A program made the translations under genes and the position numbers. DNA of 64,000 nucleotides, taken from IMG/VR virus record IMGVR_UViG_2924798928_000002, one strand, 5' to 3'. This DNA is from a virus. The notes under the pieces are model-generated. The model saw only the letters and a list, made by a program, of their open reading frames with translations, was not told the DNA's origin and did not search any database. Positions 18,846 through 27,557 of the stretch are shown here, piece after piece; position 1 is the stretch's first letter; every line of letters begins with the position of its first letter.

Positions 18846-19174
18846 TGGAAAACTCAGCAAAAATCAACCGCACTTTACGCGAACAAGCCAAACCGCACCC
18901 TGTGTTTGGTGGATGCAACAAAATCGCACTGGGGTATTTATCACAAGCGCAGAAATGCGTAAACGAACTTAACAAAATGGGCTTGCATGTGGTGAATATT
19001 GAGTTCGACAAAATTAAACCGCGCGTTCGCATTGAGCAAAACGCCATCACCAAGAAATTTGAGAAAACCGGACAAGCCCTCGCCTACATTCAAGGCAACG
19101 ATGGCGCACATTGGGCGGAATATCAAATGATGGTGGAAGGCATCAAAGTAATTTGGCGTTCCTATTTACATTAA
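18845..19174 (+). CDS. Hypothetical early protein
   Basis: Coupled to B; ends GIKVIW like other Mu-like early proteins. Confidence 0.7.
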   Translation: MENSAKINRTLREQAKPHPVFGGCNKIALGYLSQAQKCVNELNKMGLHVVNIEFDKIKPRVRIEQNAITKKFEKTGQALAYIQGNDGAHWAEYQMMVEGIKVIWRSYLH

Positions 19175-19191
19175 CCAACAGGAGAAAAGAA

Positions 19192-19713
19192 ATGGCTAAA
19201 AAAGCAACCAGCATTAAAACCGACACCTTTGCAGTGCGTTATCAAACCCGCGACGAAGTGGAAACGGCAATTAAAGAGATCGGCGATTTAAACCGTGAAT
19301 TAGAACGACTAGCGATTGAACAAAACGACAAGCTGGCTTCAATCACCGAAGAATACGCGCCTTTGATGAACGCAGTGAAAGAAAAGCTCTCCCCCAAACA
19401 AGATGCGGTGCAAGCGTGGTGTGAAAGCCGACGTGATGAACTCACGCAAAACGGCAAAACCAAAACCGGCTCATTCAACACAGGTGAGGTGCAATGGCGT
19501 CAACGCCCGCCTTCCGTCAGCATTCGCGGGGCGGACAGCGTGTTGGAAAGTTTGCACAAGCTAGGCTTTGAACATTTCATCCGGACGAAAGAAGAAGTGA
19601 ACAAAGAAGCCATGTTAAACGAGCCAGAATTAGCGGCAACCGTAGCAGGCGTGACCATTAAAACAGGCGTAGAAGACTTTGTGATTACACCGTTTGAGCA
19701 GGAGGTAGCGTGA
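19192..19713 (+). CDS. gam: Gam host-nuclease inhibitor
   Basis: GKTKT..FNTGEVQWRQRPPSV, FIRTKEEVNKEA. Confidence 0.92.
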   Translation: MAKKATSIKTDTFAVRYQTRDEVETAIKEIGDLNRELERLAIEQNDKLASITEEYAPLMNAVKEKLSPKQDAVQAWCESRRDELTQNGKTKTGSFNTGEVQWRQRPPSVSIRGADSVLESLHKLGFEHFIRTKEEVNKEAMLNEPELAATVAGVTIKTGVEDFVITPFEQEVA

Positions 19714-19793
19714 TGGATTGGAGCGGTGCGATAACCATTTGTGTATTTTGTATCTGTATTGCTTGGATAGTTACTACATTTATTAAATATTAA
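19713..19793 (+). CDS. 26-aa hydrophobic peptide
   Basis: AGGAGG RBS; TGATG coupling to gam; MDWSGAITICVFCICIAWIVTTFIKY. Confidence 0.5.
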   Translation: MDWSGAITICVFCICIAWIVTTFIKY

Positions 19794-19813
19794 AACCTAT
19801 TTAAACGCTCTTT

Positions 19814-19849
19814 AAATCTCCCCTAACCCCTCTTTACAAAAGAGGGGGA
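19814..19849. repeat. 36-bp palindromic repeat (copy 1 of 5; others 20827-20862, 29992-30027, 30300-30335 reversed, 40789-40824)
   Basis: AAATCTCCCCTAACCCCTCTTTACAAAAGAGGGGGA and near-identical variants. Confidence 0.85.
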
Positions 19850-19897
19850 TGGAATGAAGGGCGTTCATAATAGGCTTTAAACCAACAGGAGAACCTT

Positions 19898-20095
19898 ATG
19901 AACAAAAACATCAACAAGTTTGATCGCTTTAAATATTACAGTGAACAAGCGGCAAACAGTGAACGTAGAGGCGAATTGCAAGATGCCAAAGAGCAATGGG
20001 CGATTGCGGAACTTAACGCACCTGACGCTCGTAACCGAGAATGGTGCAAACACCGCGCTGCGTTTTGTGAACGAGTATTAAGAAAACCGTTTTAA
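19898..20095 (+). CDS. ANR-family small regulator
   Basis: AANSERRG...A..W..A...N..WC..RAAFC pattern. Confidence 0.7.
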   Translation: MNKNINKFDRFKYYSEQAANSERRGELQDAKEQWAIAELNAPDARNREWCKHRAAFCERVLRKPF

Positions 20096-20105
20096 GGGGG
20101 AGATT

Positions 20106-20263
20106 ATGGCTGATTATATCGTGCGCTTATATGGCGTGATTGAAGTGAAAATGACAGCAGAAACACTAGAACAAGCCATTGAGTTGTGTGATTTGAACAC
20201 TGCTCCTCCCTTAACTGGAATGGTGTGGAAATTGATTCAGTGATTGAAGGGGAAGAAGTATGA
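20106..20263 (+). pseudogene. Small hypothetical gene, possibly frameshifted
   Basis: MADYIVRLYGVIEV... stops at 20243; a shifted frame EIDSVIEGEEV* couples to the next ATG. Confidence 0.35.
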
Positions 20264-20427
20264 CTGAGCAAGAAAAAGTGCGGTTGGATGAGCAGTTAGA
20301 GCAAGCAGCAAAACAACTGGTGCGTGCATTAAGAGCCTTGCGCACAGGGCAAGCGCAACACGCAGCGGTATATGTGGGGAATGTGCAGAATTTATTGCCA
20401 GGGTTGAGAATGAGATTAGGGAGATAA
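20260..20427 (+). CDS. Hypothetical 55-aa protein
   Basis: MTEQEKVRLDEQLEQAAKQLVRALRAL...; below the ORF track cut-off. Confidence 0.55.
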   Translation: MTEQEKVRLDEQLEQAAKQLVRALRALRTGQAQHAAVYVGNVQNLLPGLRMRLGR

Positions 20428-20432
20428 ATGAA

Positions 20433-20807
20433 ATGGAAGAAAAAAAGTATGCAGTAACGTTTGAGTTTAAAGTGGGAGTCAGTGATGACGATTTAACTTT
20501 TAATGTCAATACAGAATACCATCAAGTGACAGTTTTATATGTGAAGGATGCGATGACTTGTTTAATGTTTAAGTTACCTGAAATTGTTAGAGCTGGTTGG
20601 CTTGCTTTTGAGGGTATGGACGCTAACGTTAAAAATGGTTTCGAGCACAAAATAAAATTAGATTTTTGCACCCAAGATGGTGATGAATGGGATGTTAGTG
20701 CGAAAGTTGATAATCCAAATGAAATTGGTCGTACGTTGATTGGCATTATTGAGAAAATTCTTTTGAAGGATCCAGTTATTGACGAAATTCTTCAGAATGC
20801 AAAATAA
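20433..20807 (+). CDS. Hypothetical protein
   Basis: 124 aa; GGAG RBS. Confidence 0.65.
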   Translation: MEEKKYAVTFEFKVGVSDDDLTFNVNTEYHQVTVLYVKDAMTCLMFKLPEIVRAGWLAFEGMDANVKNGFEHKIKLDFCTQDGDEWDVSAKVDNPNEIGRTLIGIIEKILLKDPVIDEILQNAK

Positions 20808-20903
20808 AACCCATTTACAGCCTATTAAATCTCCCCTACCCCCTCTTTACGAAAGAGGGGGATTTAAGTGGGCTGAATAATGTGTTTTAAAAAGGAATAA
20901 ACA

Positions 20904-21362
20904 ATGCATAAAACTAAACCAAAGCTGATCCAGCTAATTCATATTGCCAAGCAAAAACTGGCAATGGATGAGTATAGCTATCGCGCTATGCTGGAGCGAG
21001 TGACCGGGAAAACATCATGCAAAGAAATGAGTGTGGCGGAGTTAATGAAAGTGGAAGCGGAGATGGAAGCCAAAGGATTTAAGAAAACCAGCCGCCGAAA
21101 TCATTTGCCAAGCAGAAAAAGTGCGGTTGTAAAAAGCCGAATTGCGCACAAAATTCGTGCAATTTGGATTGAAATGAGCAAGAAAGGATTGGTGCGCGAT
21201 GGGTCGGAAACCGCATTAAACAAATGGGTGCGCGGTGTGGTGAACCCGATATTAACGGCTCAAAACAAACCGCTTGCGCTGAATGTGGGCGCATTAAACG
21301 ACCAAATGGCTGGTTTAGTGCTTGAACGCCTGAAAAAATGGCAAGCAAGGGGGAATGTATGA
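20904..21362 (+). CDS. GemA/gp16-family protein
   Basis: IHIAKQKLAMDE..YR..L...TGK.S; KIRAIW; ERLKKW. Confidence 0.88.
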   Translation: MHKTKPKLIQLIHIAKQKLAMDEYSYRAMLERVTGKTSCKEMSVAELMKVEAEMEAKGFKKTSRRNHLPSRKSAVVKSRIAHKIRAIWIEMSKKGLVRDGSETALNKWVRGVVNPILTAQNKPLALNVGALNDQMAGLVLERLKKWQARGNV

Positions 21363-21898
21363 AATTGTGCCGTTGTCCGGTGTGCCATTCTGATATTCAC
21401 CTCGACCAACTGTTGGAAGATGATGCAGGACGTGAATTATTAGGGCTGATTACCGAGTTAAAATATGGTGTGGCGCGTCCTTTGGTCAGCTATATTGCAT
21501 TGTTCCGCCCTGATAAATCAGCCTTGAGTAACTTAAGAGCGGTTAAATTAATGCGAGAAGTGCTAGATTTATTCCCGCCTTCTCAATTATTAGCCCACTG
21601 TTTGAGTGAGACGGTCAATTCAGTGCAGAAAAAGCGACGAGAAAGCCGAAATCTCGCCCCGCTTAACAATCATCGTTACTTAATGCAAGTGATGGAAACC
21701 AACAAACCACTATTTTCAGGCGTAGGGTCTGCTGCAATCAACAACGAAGAACGCAAACAAGCCCAACGTGTGGCGGAAAATAATGAAATGGAAAACACCA
21801 TTCTTTATATCGAACGCTTTTACCAACTGGGGCAACCAGTGGAACATTTACCAGGCTATGAAGTCTGGAAAAAATGGAAAGAAAACCAATCCAAATAA
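21359..21898 (+). CDS. Conserved Mu-like hypothetical protein (N-terminal CPxC)
   Basis: CRCPVCH, YIALFRP, PLNNHRYL. Confidence 0.75.
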   Translation: MKLCRCPVCHSDIHLDQLLEDDAGRELLGLITELKYGVARPLVSYIALFRPDKSALSNLRAVKLMREVLDLFPPSQLLAHCLSETVNSVQKKRRESRNLAPLNNHRYLMQVMETNKPLFSGVGSAAINNEERKQAQRVAENNEMENTILYIERFYQLGQPVEHLPGYEVWKKWKENQSK

Positions 21899-22051
21899 AC
21901 TTTTTTAACCGCCCGAAAGGGCGGTTTTTCTTTTATAAATCAATTAATTATTCACTCCCCCCTTATTCCTTCCTGAAAATAATCCGCACAATGTGGAACA
22001 ATATCGCTATAATTTTGCGCAATAATGATCGTCCAAACAGTAGAGGTGGCT

Positions 22052-22432
22052 ATGTTGAATGCAACAACGGAACAAATTGAAACGTTTAATGAAAAAGCGC
22101 CTGAGATTTTGGCGGATTTAGCAAAGCATACAGAAGTAAAAATAAAAGAGAAAATCGCTGATATTGAACCTATGCTCGCACAACAAATCAGCATTGAAGT
22201 GGCAAATCACATTGCACAATGCTGGGGCGGTGAGGTGATTTATATCCCGCGCAACCTTGTTTTATTGCTAAACGAGCGTGACCGTAAGATTTTCAACGAA
22301 TTTAACGGTACAAATCACCGCGAACTTGCCAGAAAATATAACGTATCTATGCAGTGGATTTATCAGATAGTGAAAAAAATCACAAAAGAAGAAATCCAAC
22401 GCCGTCAGTTTGATATGTTTGGCAACGCATAA
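22052..22432 (+). CDS. Mor/C-family transcription activator
   Basis: WGGEVIYIP, RDRKIFNEFNGTNHRELARKY. Confidence 0.92.
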   Translation: MLNATTEQIETFNEKAPEILADLAKHTEVKIKEKIADIEPMLAQQISIEVANHIAQCWGGEVIYIPRNLVLLLNERDRKIFNEFNGTNHRELARKYNVSMQWIYQIVKKITKEEIQRRQFDMFGNA

Positions 22433-22446
22433 CCGCTAAAAATGAG

Positions 22447-22472
22447 AAAAAACGTCCGAAAGGGCGTTTTTT
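22447..22472 (+). terminator. Intrinsic terminator; repeated at 21907-21929 and 23801-23826
   Basis: ACG(T/C)CCGAAAGGGCGT hairpin plus T-run. Confidence 0.8.
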
Positions 22473-22589
22473 AACAATCCAGTATTTACCAAATAGGTAA
22501 ATAAAAAATCAAAAATCAAAAAATAATTTATTGACTTTCTTGTTTAATTGCTTAAAATTGGGAAATAAGAGAGACAAGGAGATAAAACT

Positions 22590-22952
22590 ATGGCACTTAC
22601 AGAATTCGGCAAAGCAGTCCGCAAAGCTCGGATTGATGCCGGTGAAACACTACTTAGTATGGCAGAGACTATCGGAACCACTCCTGCATTTTTAAGCGGA
22701 ATGGAAACTGGTCGTAAAAAAGTCACGACTAAATGGGTAAAAAAAATTGCTGACTACTTTAAAGACAGAAACGTACAAACTGAAAACTTGAAAGAATTGG
22801 CTCATATTTCTAATGACGCTATTCCTGTAGAAGGTTTGCCATTACAACAGCAAATGATGGTAGCAGGTTTTGCCAAATCTGCGATGACCGCAGAGCAACT
22901 CACCAAATTTGCCGAATTATTAAAAGAAATCCATTCAGAAAAAGGAGAGTAA
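22590..22952 (+). CDS. XRE-family HTH regulator
   Basis: FGKAVRKAR...MAETIGTTPAFLSGMETGRK. Confidence 0.85.
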   Translation: MALTEFGKAVRKARIDAGETLLSMAETIGTTPAFLSGMETGRKKVTTKWVKKIADYFKDRNVQTENLKELAHISNDAIPVEGLPLQQQMMVAGFAKSAMTAEQLTKFAELLKEIHSEKGE

Positions 22953-22955
22953 TGG

Positions 22956-23456
22956 ATGAGTTTACAAAGTTTATTATACGAAATGAACGGCTTACGAGTA
23001 AAACCAATGACCAGAAATGAAATTGAAAAAATGGCGTTGCCTCTTGCTAAGCATTTGAAATTTACCAAATGGAATAAAGCACGACAACGTTTTGATGATG
23101 TATTGGAAAATGTGGCAACGATTGTCAATCTTGAGATCCTGTCAGAGACCGAATGGCAGGAACTCACCCATAACTTCACCAAAGGGCATTTCAGCCCAAG
23201 CGAGTTTACCATTCGTATTCCTGAAAATACCTATATTCTTGCCTGTAAAGGCGATAAAGATTCACTCGAAATTGTGTTGCATGAACTCGGACACGTTTTT
23301 CTAATGCACCAAGCCTACTTACACAAAGCAGACGAGCCACCTACAATCAATGAAGATCCCGAATGGCAGGCAGACACCTTTGCAGAAATTATTTTAGAAG
23401 CAATGGGTTACTCAATTACACAAATCTCACTAGATTTCGGTCGGCTAGAAATGTAA
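22956..23456 (+). CDS. ImmA/IrrE-family Zn metallopeptidase
   Basis: HELGH (HExxH) and EWQADTFA. Confidence 0.88.
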   Translation: MSLQSLLYEMNGLRVKPMTRNEIEKMALPLAKHLKFTKWNKARQRFDDVLENVATIVNLEILSETEWQELTHNFTKGHFSPSEFTIRIPENTYILACKGDKDSLEIVLHELGHVFLMHQAYLHKADEPPTINEDPEWQADTFAEIILEAMGYSITQISLDFGRLEM

Positions 23457-23654
23457 AAACCCAATCATAAAGACTGGGTTTTAGGATAGTAAGTAATATT
23501 GGCGTATTAATTACTATGTATAGTTCTCCATCCGCTGTACACAATGCCTGCAAAAGAAGAACACCTTCGAAAACGGTGAAGTATTCTAAAACAAGTTGCA
23601 TAGTGTTGTCCATAGGCTAAGTGATGGTAATTTGAAATTTAACGGTGAACCACC

Positions 23655-23795
23655 ATGGCAACAACAATTTGCTCAAAATGTGGGTGCGTTTGTCCTCTAA
23701 TCTTCCGTTGGTCTCATAAAGACCCAAGAACTGGAGAAACTATTAGAGCTAAACGTCGCCCGATGCCAATTCCACAATGCAATTGTGGTAGATAA
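23655..23795 (+). CDS. 46-aa Cys-rich basic micropeptide
   Basis: MATTICSKCGCVCPLIFRWSHKDPRTGETIRAKRRPMPIPQCNCGR; ends just before the terminator. Confidence 0.55.
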   Translation: MATTICSKCGCVCPLIFRWSHKDPRTGETIRAKRRPMPIPQCNCGR

Positions 23796-23898
23796 TTAAT
23801 AAAAACGCCCGAAAGGGCGTTTTTTTATGGGTTAAAAATGATTTTTTAGGTTATTATTTCACCGTTCTATTCACAATAATTTTAAGGAGCTATAACCT

Positions 23899-24729
23899 AT
23901 GGAATTTTTACCTCTCATTGTATTAGTCTTAGTATGGTATTTTGTTGCAAAATACTTTAAGAATAAAGGGCGTGGCAAAATCGTTCGTCACTTAGCCGGT
24001 TTTGTTGTGGGTTTTGTGGGATTAGTTATTGCCGCTGTAATGGTTGCCCCAAATAAGGCGGAAACACCAACTAAGACAGAAACTACACAGCAAGCAGTAG
24101 AAAGCACACCGACAAAAGAAGAAGTCGTAACGCCTCAATCTGAACAGGTTGAAAAAGCTGAATCAGCACAAACCGAATCACAGGTAACAGAAAAAACGGT
24201 TGAACAGCTTGAGGTGACAGAGGAAGTCAAAGAAGAGCCTAAAACAGAAGCCGAAAAACCAGAGCAAACACTTGATCTTGATGTGAAGAAATTCTCATCC
24301 CGAATCGGAAGAGCATTAAAAAATGCACAATCCCCATACAAGATGACGAAAAATCCAAAAATAACCGATGGTGAAGTCAATGATGTGGTGAACTATATGT
24401 TCACCGAAAGATTTGGTCTTATCATTACTCTAGATAAGAAAACCCATAAAGTAAAAAGCATGATGACAGTGGTGACACCATCACCAACGAATACCGATGA
24501 AAATATTTTGATGGTATTATCTAACTCAGCTGTGTTATCTGCTTTTGAAGGCGACAACGAGATCAAAACATTAGGCAAGAAAATCATGGAGCTTACCATG
24601 TCTGTGATGACTGAATACAGTGAAAAACATCAAGATGTATCTAAAACAATTATTTGGAACGGTAAAAAATATGGTGTATCTGCGAGTAAATATACAGGCA
24701 TCATATCCTCCGCTAATTTTGCCGATTAA
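23899..24729 (+). CDS. Membrane-anchored moron protein
   Basis: Two N-terminal hydrophobic segments, Glu/Thr-rich linker, globular C-terminus; AAGGAG RBS. Confidence 0.75.
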   Translation: MEFLPLIVLVLVWYFVAKYFKNKGRGKIVRHLAGFVVGFVGLVIAAVMVAPNKAETPTKTETTQQAVESTPTKEEVVTPQSEQVEKAESAQTESQVTEKTVEQLEVTEEVKEEPKTEAEKPEQTLDLDVKKFSSRIGRALKNAQSPYKMTKNPKITDGEVNDVVNYMFTERFGLIITLDKKTHKVKSMMTVVTPSPTNTDENILMVLSNSAVLSAFEGDNEIKTLGKKIMELTMSVMTEYSEKHQDVSKTIIWNGKKYGVSASKYTGIISSANFAD

Positions 24730-24732
24730 CTT

Positions 24733-24777
24733 CTTTAAATCAATTTAAAATCAATAAAACCCCATCCGTTTTAAACT
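24733..24777 (+). promoter_or_regulatory. Late promoter of lysis operon (also 32398-32442, 37783-37827, 43755-43799)
   Basis: CTTT(A/C)AA-N4-TTTAAAA, then exactly 21 bp, then TAnnnT in all four copies. Confidence 0.75.
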
Positions 24778-24808
24778 CCTTTTAAGTTCACTTAGAAGGA
24801 GTTTTTTT

Positions 24809-25360
24809 ATGTCTTTATCCCTCCCCATTACCAAAATTGTGATCCACTGTTCTGCCACAAAAAATGGCAAATCATTACGCACGGCGACACAAACCGCCGC
24901 GCAACGTATTGATGAATGGCATAAACAGCGCGATTTTAAGCGTAGCTCCGTGTTAGTCAAACAATTCAACCCACACCTGCAACACCTCGGCTATCACTAT
25001 GTAATCGACACGGACGGCACCGTTGAAACCGGTCGAATGATTGGCGAAATCGGCGCGCACGTGAAAGGTCATAATCAATATTCGGTCGGCATTTGTCTTG
25101 TAGGTGGTATTGACGAAAGCGGTAAAAACTACGGCGAATACACCGAAAAGCAATGGATTGCCCTGCATACATTATTGCAAAAACTGGAAAGCGAATATCC
25201 CAGTGCACGCATTTGTGGACATCGTGATTTAAGCCCTGATCTGAATGGTGACGGCACGATTACACCGAACGAATGGATTAAAGATTGCCCGTGTTTTGAT
25301 GTGTGGACGTGGTTGGATTCCGAGCAAGTGATTAATTTCGACCATTTGTTCAGGGGGTAG
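24809..25360 (+). CDS. N-acetylmuramoyl-L-alanine amidase endolysin
   Basis: IVIHCSAT, GYHYVI, GAHVKGHN, GHRD, KDCP. Confidence 0.92.
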   Translation: MSLSLPITKIVIHCSATKNGKSLRTATQTAAQRIDEWHKQRDFKRSSVLVKQFNPHLQHLGYHYVIDTDGTVETGRMIGEIGAHVKGHNQYSVGICLVGGIDESGKNYGEYTEKQWIALHTLLQKLESEYPSARICGHRDLSPDLNGDGTITPNEWIKDCPCFDVWTWLDSEQVINFDHLFRG

Positions 25361-25362
25361 CT

Positions 25363-25587
25363 ATGGGAATTGCATTATTTCTTGCGCTTATTTTGAGCCT
25401 GTGTTTTGCCGCAGTTCTCATACAGGACTTAGATCCCTTGCTTGCCGGTGCTTTTCTGGTCGGGGTGATATGTTGCCTTGTCGTTGTGTTTACGATGCTG
25501 GCTGTTGAAGATACTTGCCAAACATACGGCAAATTTAGTGTTGGTAGCACCATCTACCAATGCCAACAAATTCAGGAGGACAAATGA
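25363..25587 (+). CDS. Small membrane protein
   Basis: Two hydrophobic segments; in lysis operon. Confidence 0.6.
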   Translation: MGIALFLALILSLCFAAVLIQDLDPLLAGAFLVGVICCLVVVFTMLAVEDTCQTYGKFSVGSTIYQCQQIQEDK

Positions 25588-25736
25588 GCAAACGCGTAAA
25601 AAACACCACCGTCCCGAAAGGTTGGGGAAACTACAAAGCCTCACGTTTTAAGCCAAGCAACAACGCAAAGCGTAATCGCGTAATCAATGGCGGAACGACT
25701 GCCGCACAAGGTTTTTACTTGTATTGGAGTTACTAA
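25584..25736 (+). CDS. 50-aa basic hypothetical protein
   Basis: AGGAGG RBS; coupled on both sides (ATGA, TAATG). Confidence 0.55.
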   Translation: MSKRVKNTTVPKGWGNYKASRFKPSNNAKRNRVINGGTTAAQGFYLYWSY

Positions 25737-25969
25737 TGTTTTCACAGCTTATCACTAACGCCGATGGTCGCCTGTCAACTACTGCATTTATCCAGTTCTT
25801 TGGCGCACTTCTCATGGCGGGGATTTTGGTATTTTGCGTATGGTTAAATCGCTCCTATGTACCGGAATTATTCACGACATTTGCTATTTTTTGTGGCGGT
25901 GGCGCGGCAACGAAAGGCTTTGCCAATGCGATGCAAAACCGCAATGGCCAAGGGGGTAACAGTGATTAA
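25736..25969 (+). CDS. Putative holin (DUF2644-like)
   Basis: ITNADGRLSTT motif; two transmembrane segments. Confidence 0.7.
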   Translation: MFSQLITNADGRLSTTAFIQFFGALLMAGILVFCVWLNRSYVPELFTTFAIFCGGGAATKGFANAMQNRNGQGGNSD

Positions 25970-26213
25970 TCTTTATATTGTAGGGGCGGCTTTCGCCGTT
26001 TTGGCTGGCGTTTTTATTCATGGTCGCGTGCAAGCGGCAAAAATTCGCAAGCAACAAGAAGAGATCGAATTCGTAAAACGTGAAGCGGCCGCAGTCGCCC
26101 AGGAGTTAGAAAATGCAAACACGGCAAAAAACATTACTGAAACTAACCGTACTTTGTCTGGCAAGTCTGTTGATGAGCAGCTGCAGTCAAAAGGTTATTT
26201 CCGTGAAGACTAG
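25962..26213 (+). CDS. Putative inner-membrane spanin
   Basis: N-terminal transmembrane segment plus coiled coil; overlaps a lipoprotein gene. Confidence 0.65.
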   Translation: MINLYIVGAAFAVLAGVFIHGRVQAAKIRKQQEEIEFVKREAAAVAQELENANTAKNITETNRTLSGKSVDEQLQSKGYFRED

Positions 26214-26334
26214 CGGATGTTCAGCATTTGGTCTTATTTACCCAAGCCGTAAAGATACAGAAGAAACCAAACGGCAGGTGCTTAATCATAATTTAACTTA
26301 TGAAAAAATCTGCCAAAAAAAGGAACCTAAATAA
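26113..26334 (+). CDS. Putative outer-membrane spanin lipoprotein
   Basis: Lipobox LMSSC; overlaps the i-spanin gene in another frame. Confidence 0.7.
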   Translation: MQTRQKTLLKLTVLCLASLLMSSCSQKVISVKTSGCSAFGLIYPSRKDTEETKRQVLNHNLTYEKICQKKEPK

Positions 26335-26663
26335 TGATAGAAGTACTGGATTTTGTGCAACGTCATTGGGCAATTGTAGTGGCGATTGGCGGTGCTGTAT
26401 GGACATATTTTTGGCTGACGATGGACAGTAAATATGCTCGCAAAACTGATGTTGCTGACTTACGCAGGGCAATTGAGAACAACGAAAAAAGCCTATCGGA
26501 AGTCAAAGGTGAATTAAGACATTTGCCAACTTCAAAAGAAGTGTCCGATTTGCGTTTATTAATGACGGAAATGAAAGGCACAACCGACGTATTAAATACC
26601 AACATCAACAGTCTTAACCATCAAGTGAAGTTGTTAATTGAAAAAGAGGTAAACAAAGAATGA
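26334..26663 (+). CDS. Mu gp25-like protein (DUF2730)
   Basis: N-terminal transmembrane segment; LRHLPT motif; position. Confidence 0.7.
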   Translation: MIEVLDFVQRHWAIVVAIGGAVWTYFWLTMDSKYARKTDVADLRRAIENNEKSLSEVKGELRHLPTSKEVSDLRLLMTEMKGTTDVLNTNINSLNHQVKLLIEKEVNKE

Positions 26664-26965
26664 TGCGTCAAGATATTTTCACCAAAGACCAACGTTTGGT
26701 TATTCTGCGCTCGCTTGAAGAATGTGGTTATGATGCCAATGAAAGCATTTTAAATGATTGCTTAGATATGTATGGCCACGATATTAGCCGAGACTTAGTG
26801 CGAAACCACCTGTTATGGCTTGAGGAGCAAGGCTTGATTACGCTGGCTCGTTTAAACAACAACGGCAAAGATTTCTTCGTAGCTACTATTACACAGCGTG
26901 GGTTGGATGTGGCACAAGGTCGCGTTTTCGTGGACGGCGTAAAAAAGCCAAGTCCAAAGATTTAA
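26660..26965 (+). CDS. Mu gp26-like protein
   Basis: RLVILRSL, WLEEQGL, RGLDVAQG...GVKKP. Confidence 0.8.
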   Translation: MMRQDIFTKDQRLVILRSLEECGYDANESILNDCLDMYGHDISRDLVRNHLLWLEEQGLITLARLNNNGKDFFVATITQRGLDVAQGRVFVDGVKKPSPKI

Positions 26966-26987
26966 ACCCAATTTAAAGGAGGTTTAA

Positions 26988-27557
26988 ATGAGCGATAAAA
27001 ATACACGTGGCCGTGCAAGCAAAGTGGACTTACTTCCACCTAATATCAAAACCCAACTTGCAATGATGTTGCGAGACAAGCACCTTTCACAAGCGCAAAT
27101 CCTTGAAGAAATCAACGACCTGATCCGCGATTGCGGGTTAGATGACAGCTATCAATTAAGCCGCACAGGTCTTAATCGTTATGCAAGCCGTATGGAACAA
27201 ATGGCAAGCAAAATTCGCAATGCACGTGAAGTCGCTGAGATTTGGACGAAACAATTCGGCGAGGCACCACAAAGCGATATTGGCAAACTGCTCATGGAAA
27301 TCGTGAAGAATCTTGCCTTTGAAACCTCTATCGGCATGAGCGAAAACGGCAAGGCAGAGCCGAAGGATTTGGCATTGCTATCGTCAGCCATTCAACGGTT
27401 GGAACAGGCTGAAAGTTTAAGTTTTAAACGCGAGCAAGCCATTCGTCAAGAAACCATTAAACGTGCTGCAGAAGCCGTGGAAGAAGCAGGTAAGCAACAG
27501 GGTGTTAGTTTGGCAGATGTTCAACAAATGGTAAAAGCAGTTTATGGCATCGAATAA
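26988..27557 (+). CDS. Terminase small subunit (Mu gp27/DUF3486-like)
   Basis: RGRASKVDLLP, SRTGLNRY. Confidence 0.82.
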   Translation: MSDKNTRGRASKVDLLPPNIKTQLAMMLRDKHLSQAQILEEINDLIRDCGLDDSYQLSRTGLNRYASRMEQMASKIRNAREVAEIWTKQFGEAPQSDIGKLLMEIVKNLAFETSIGMSENGKAEPKDLALLSSAIQRLEQAESLSFKREQAIRQETIKRAAEAVEEAGKQQGVSLADVQQMVKAVYGIE

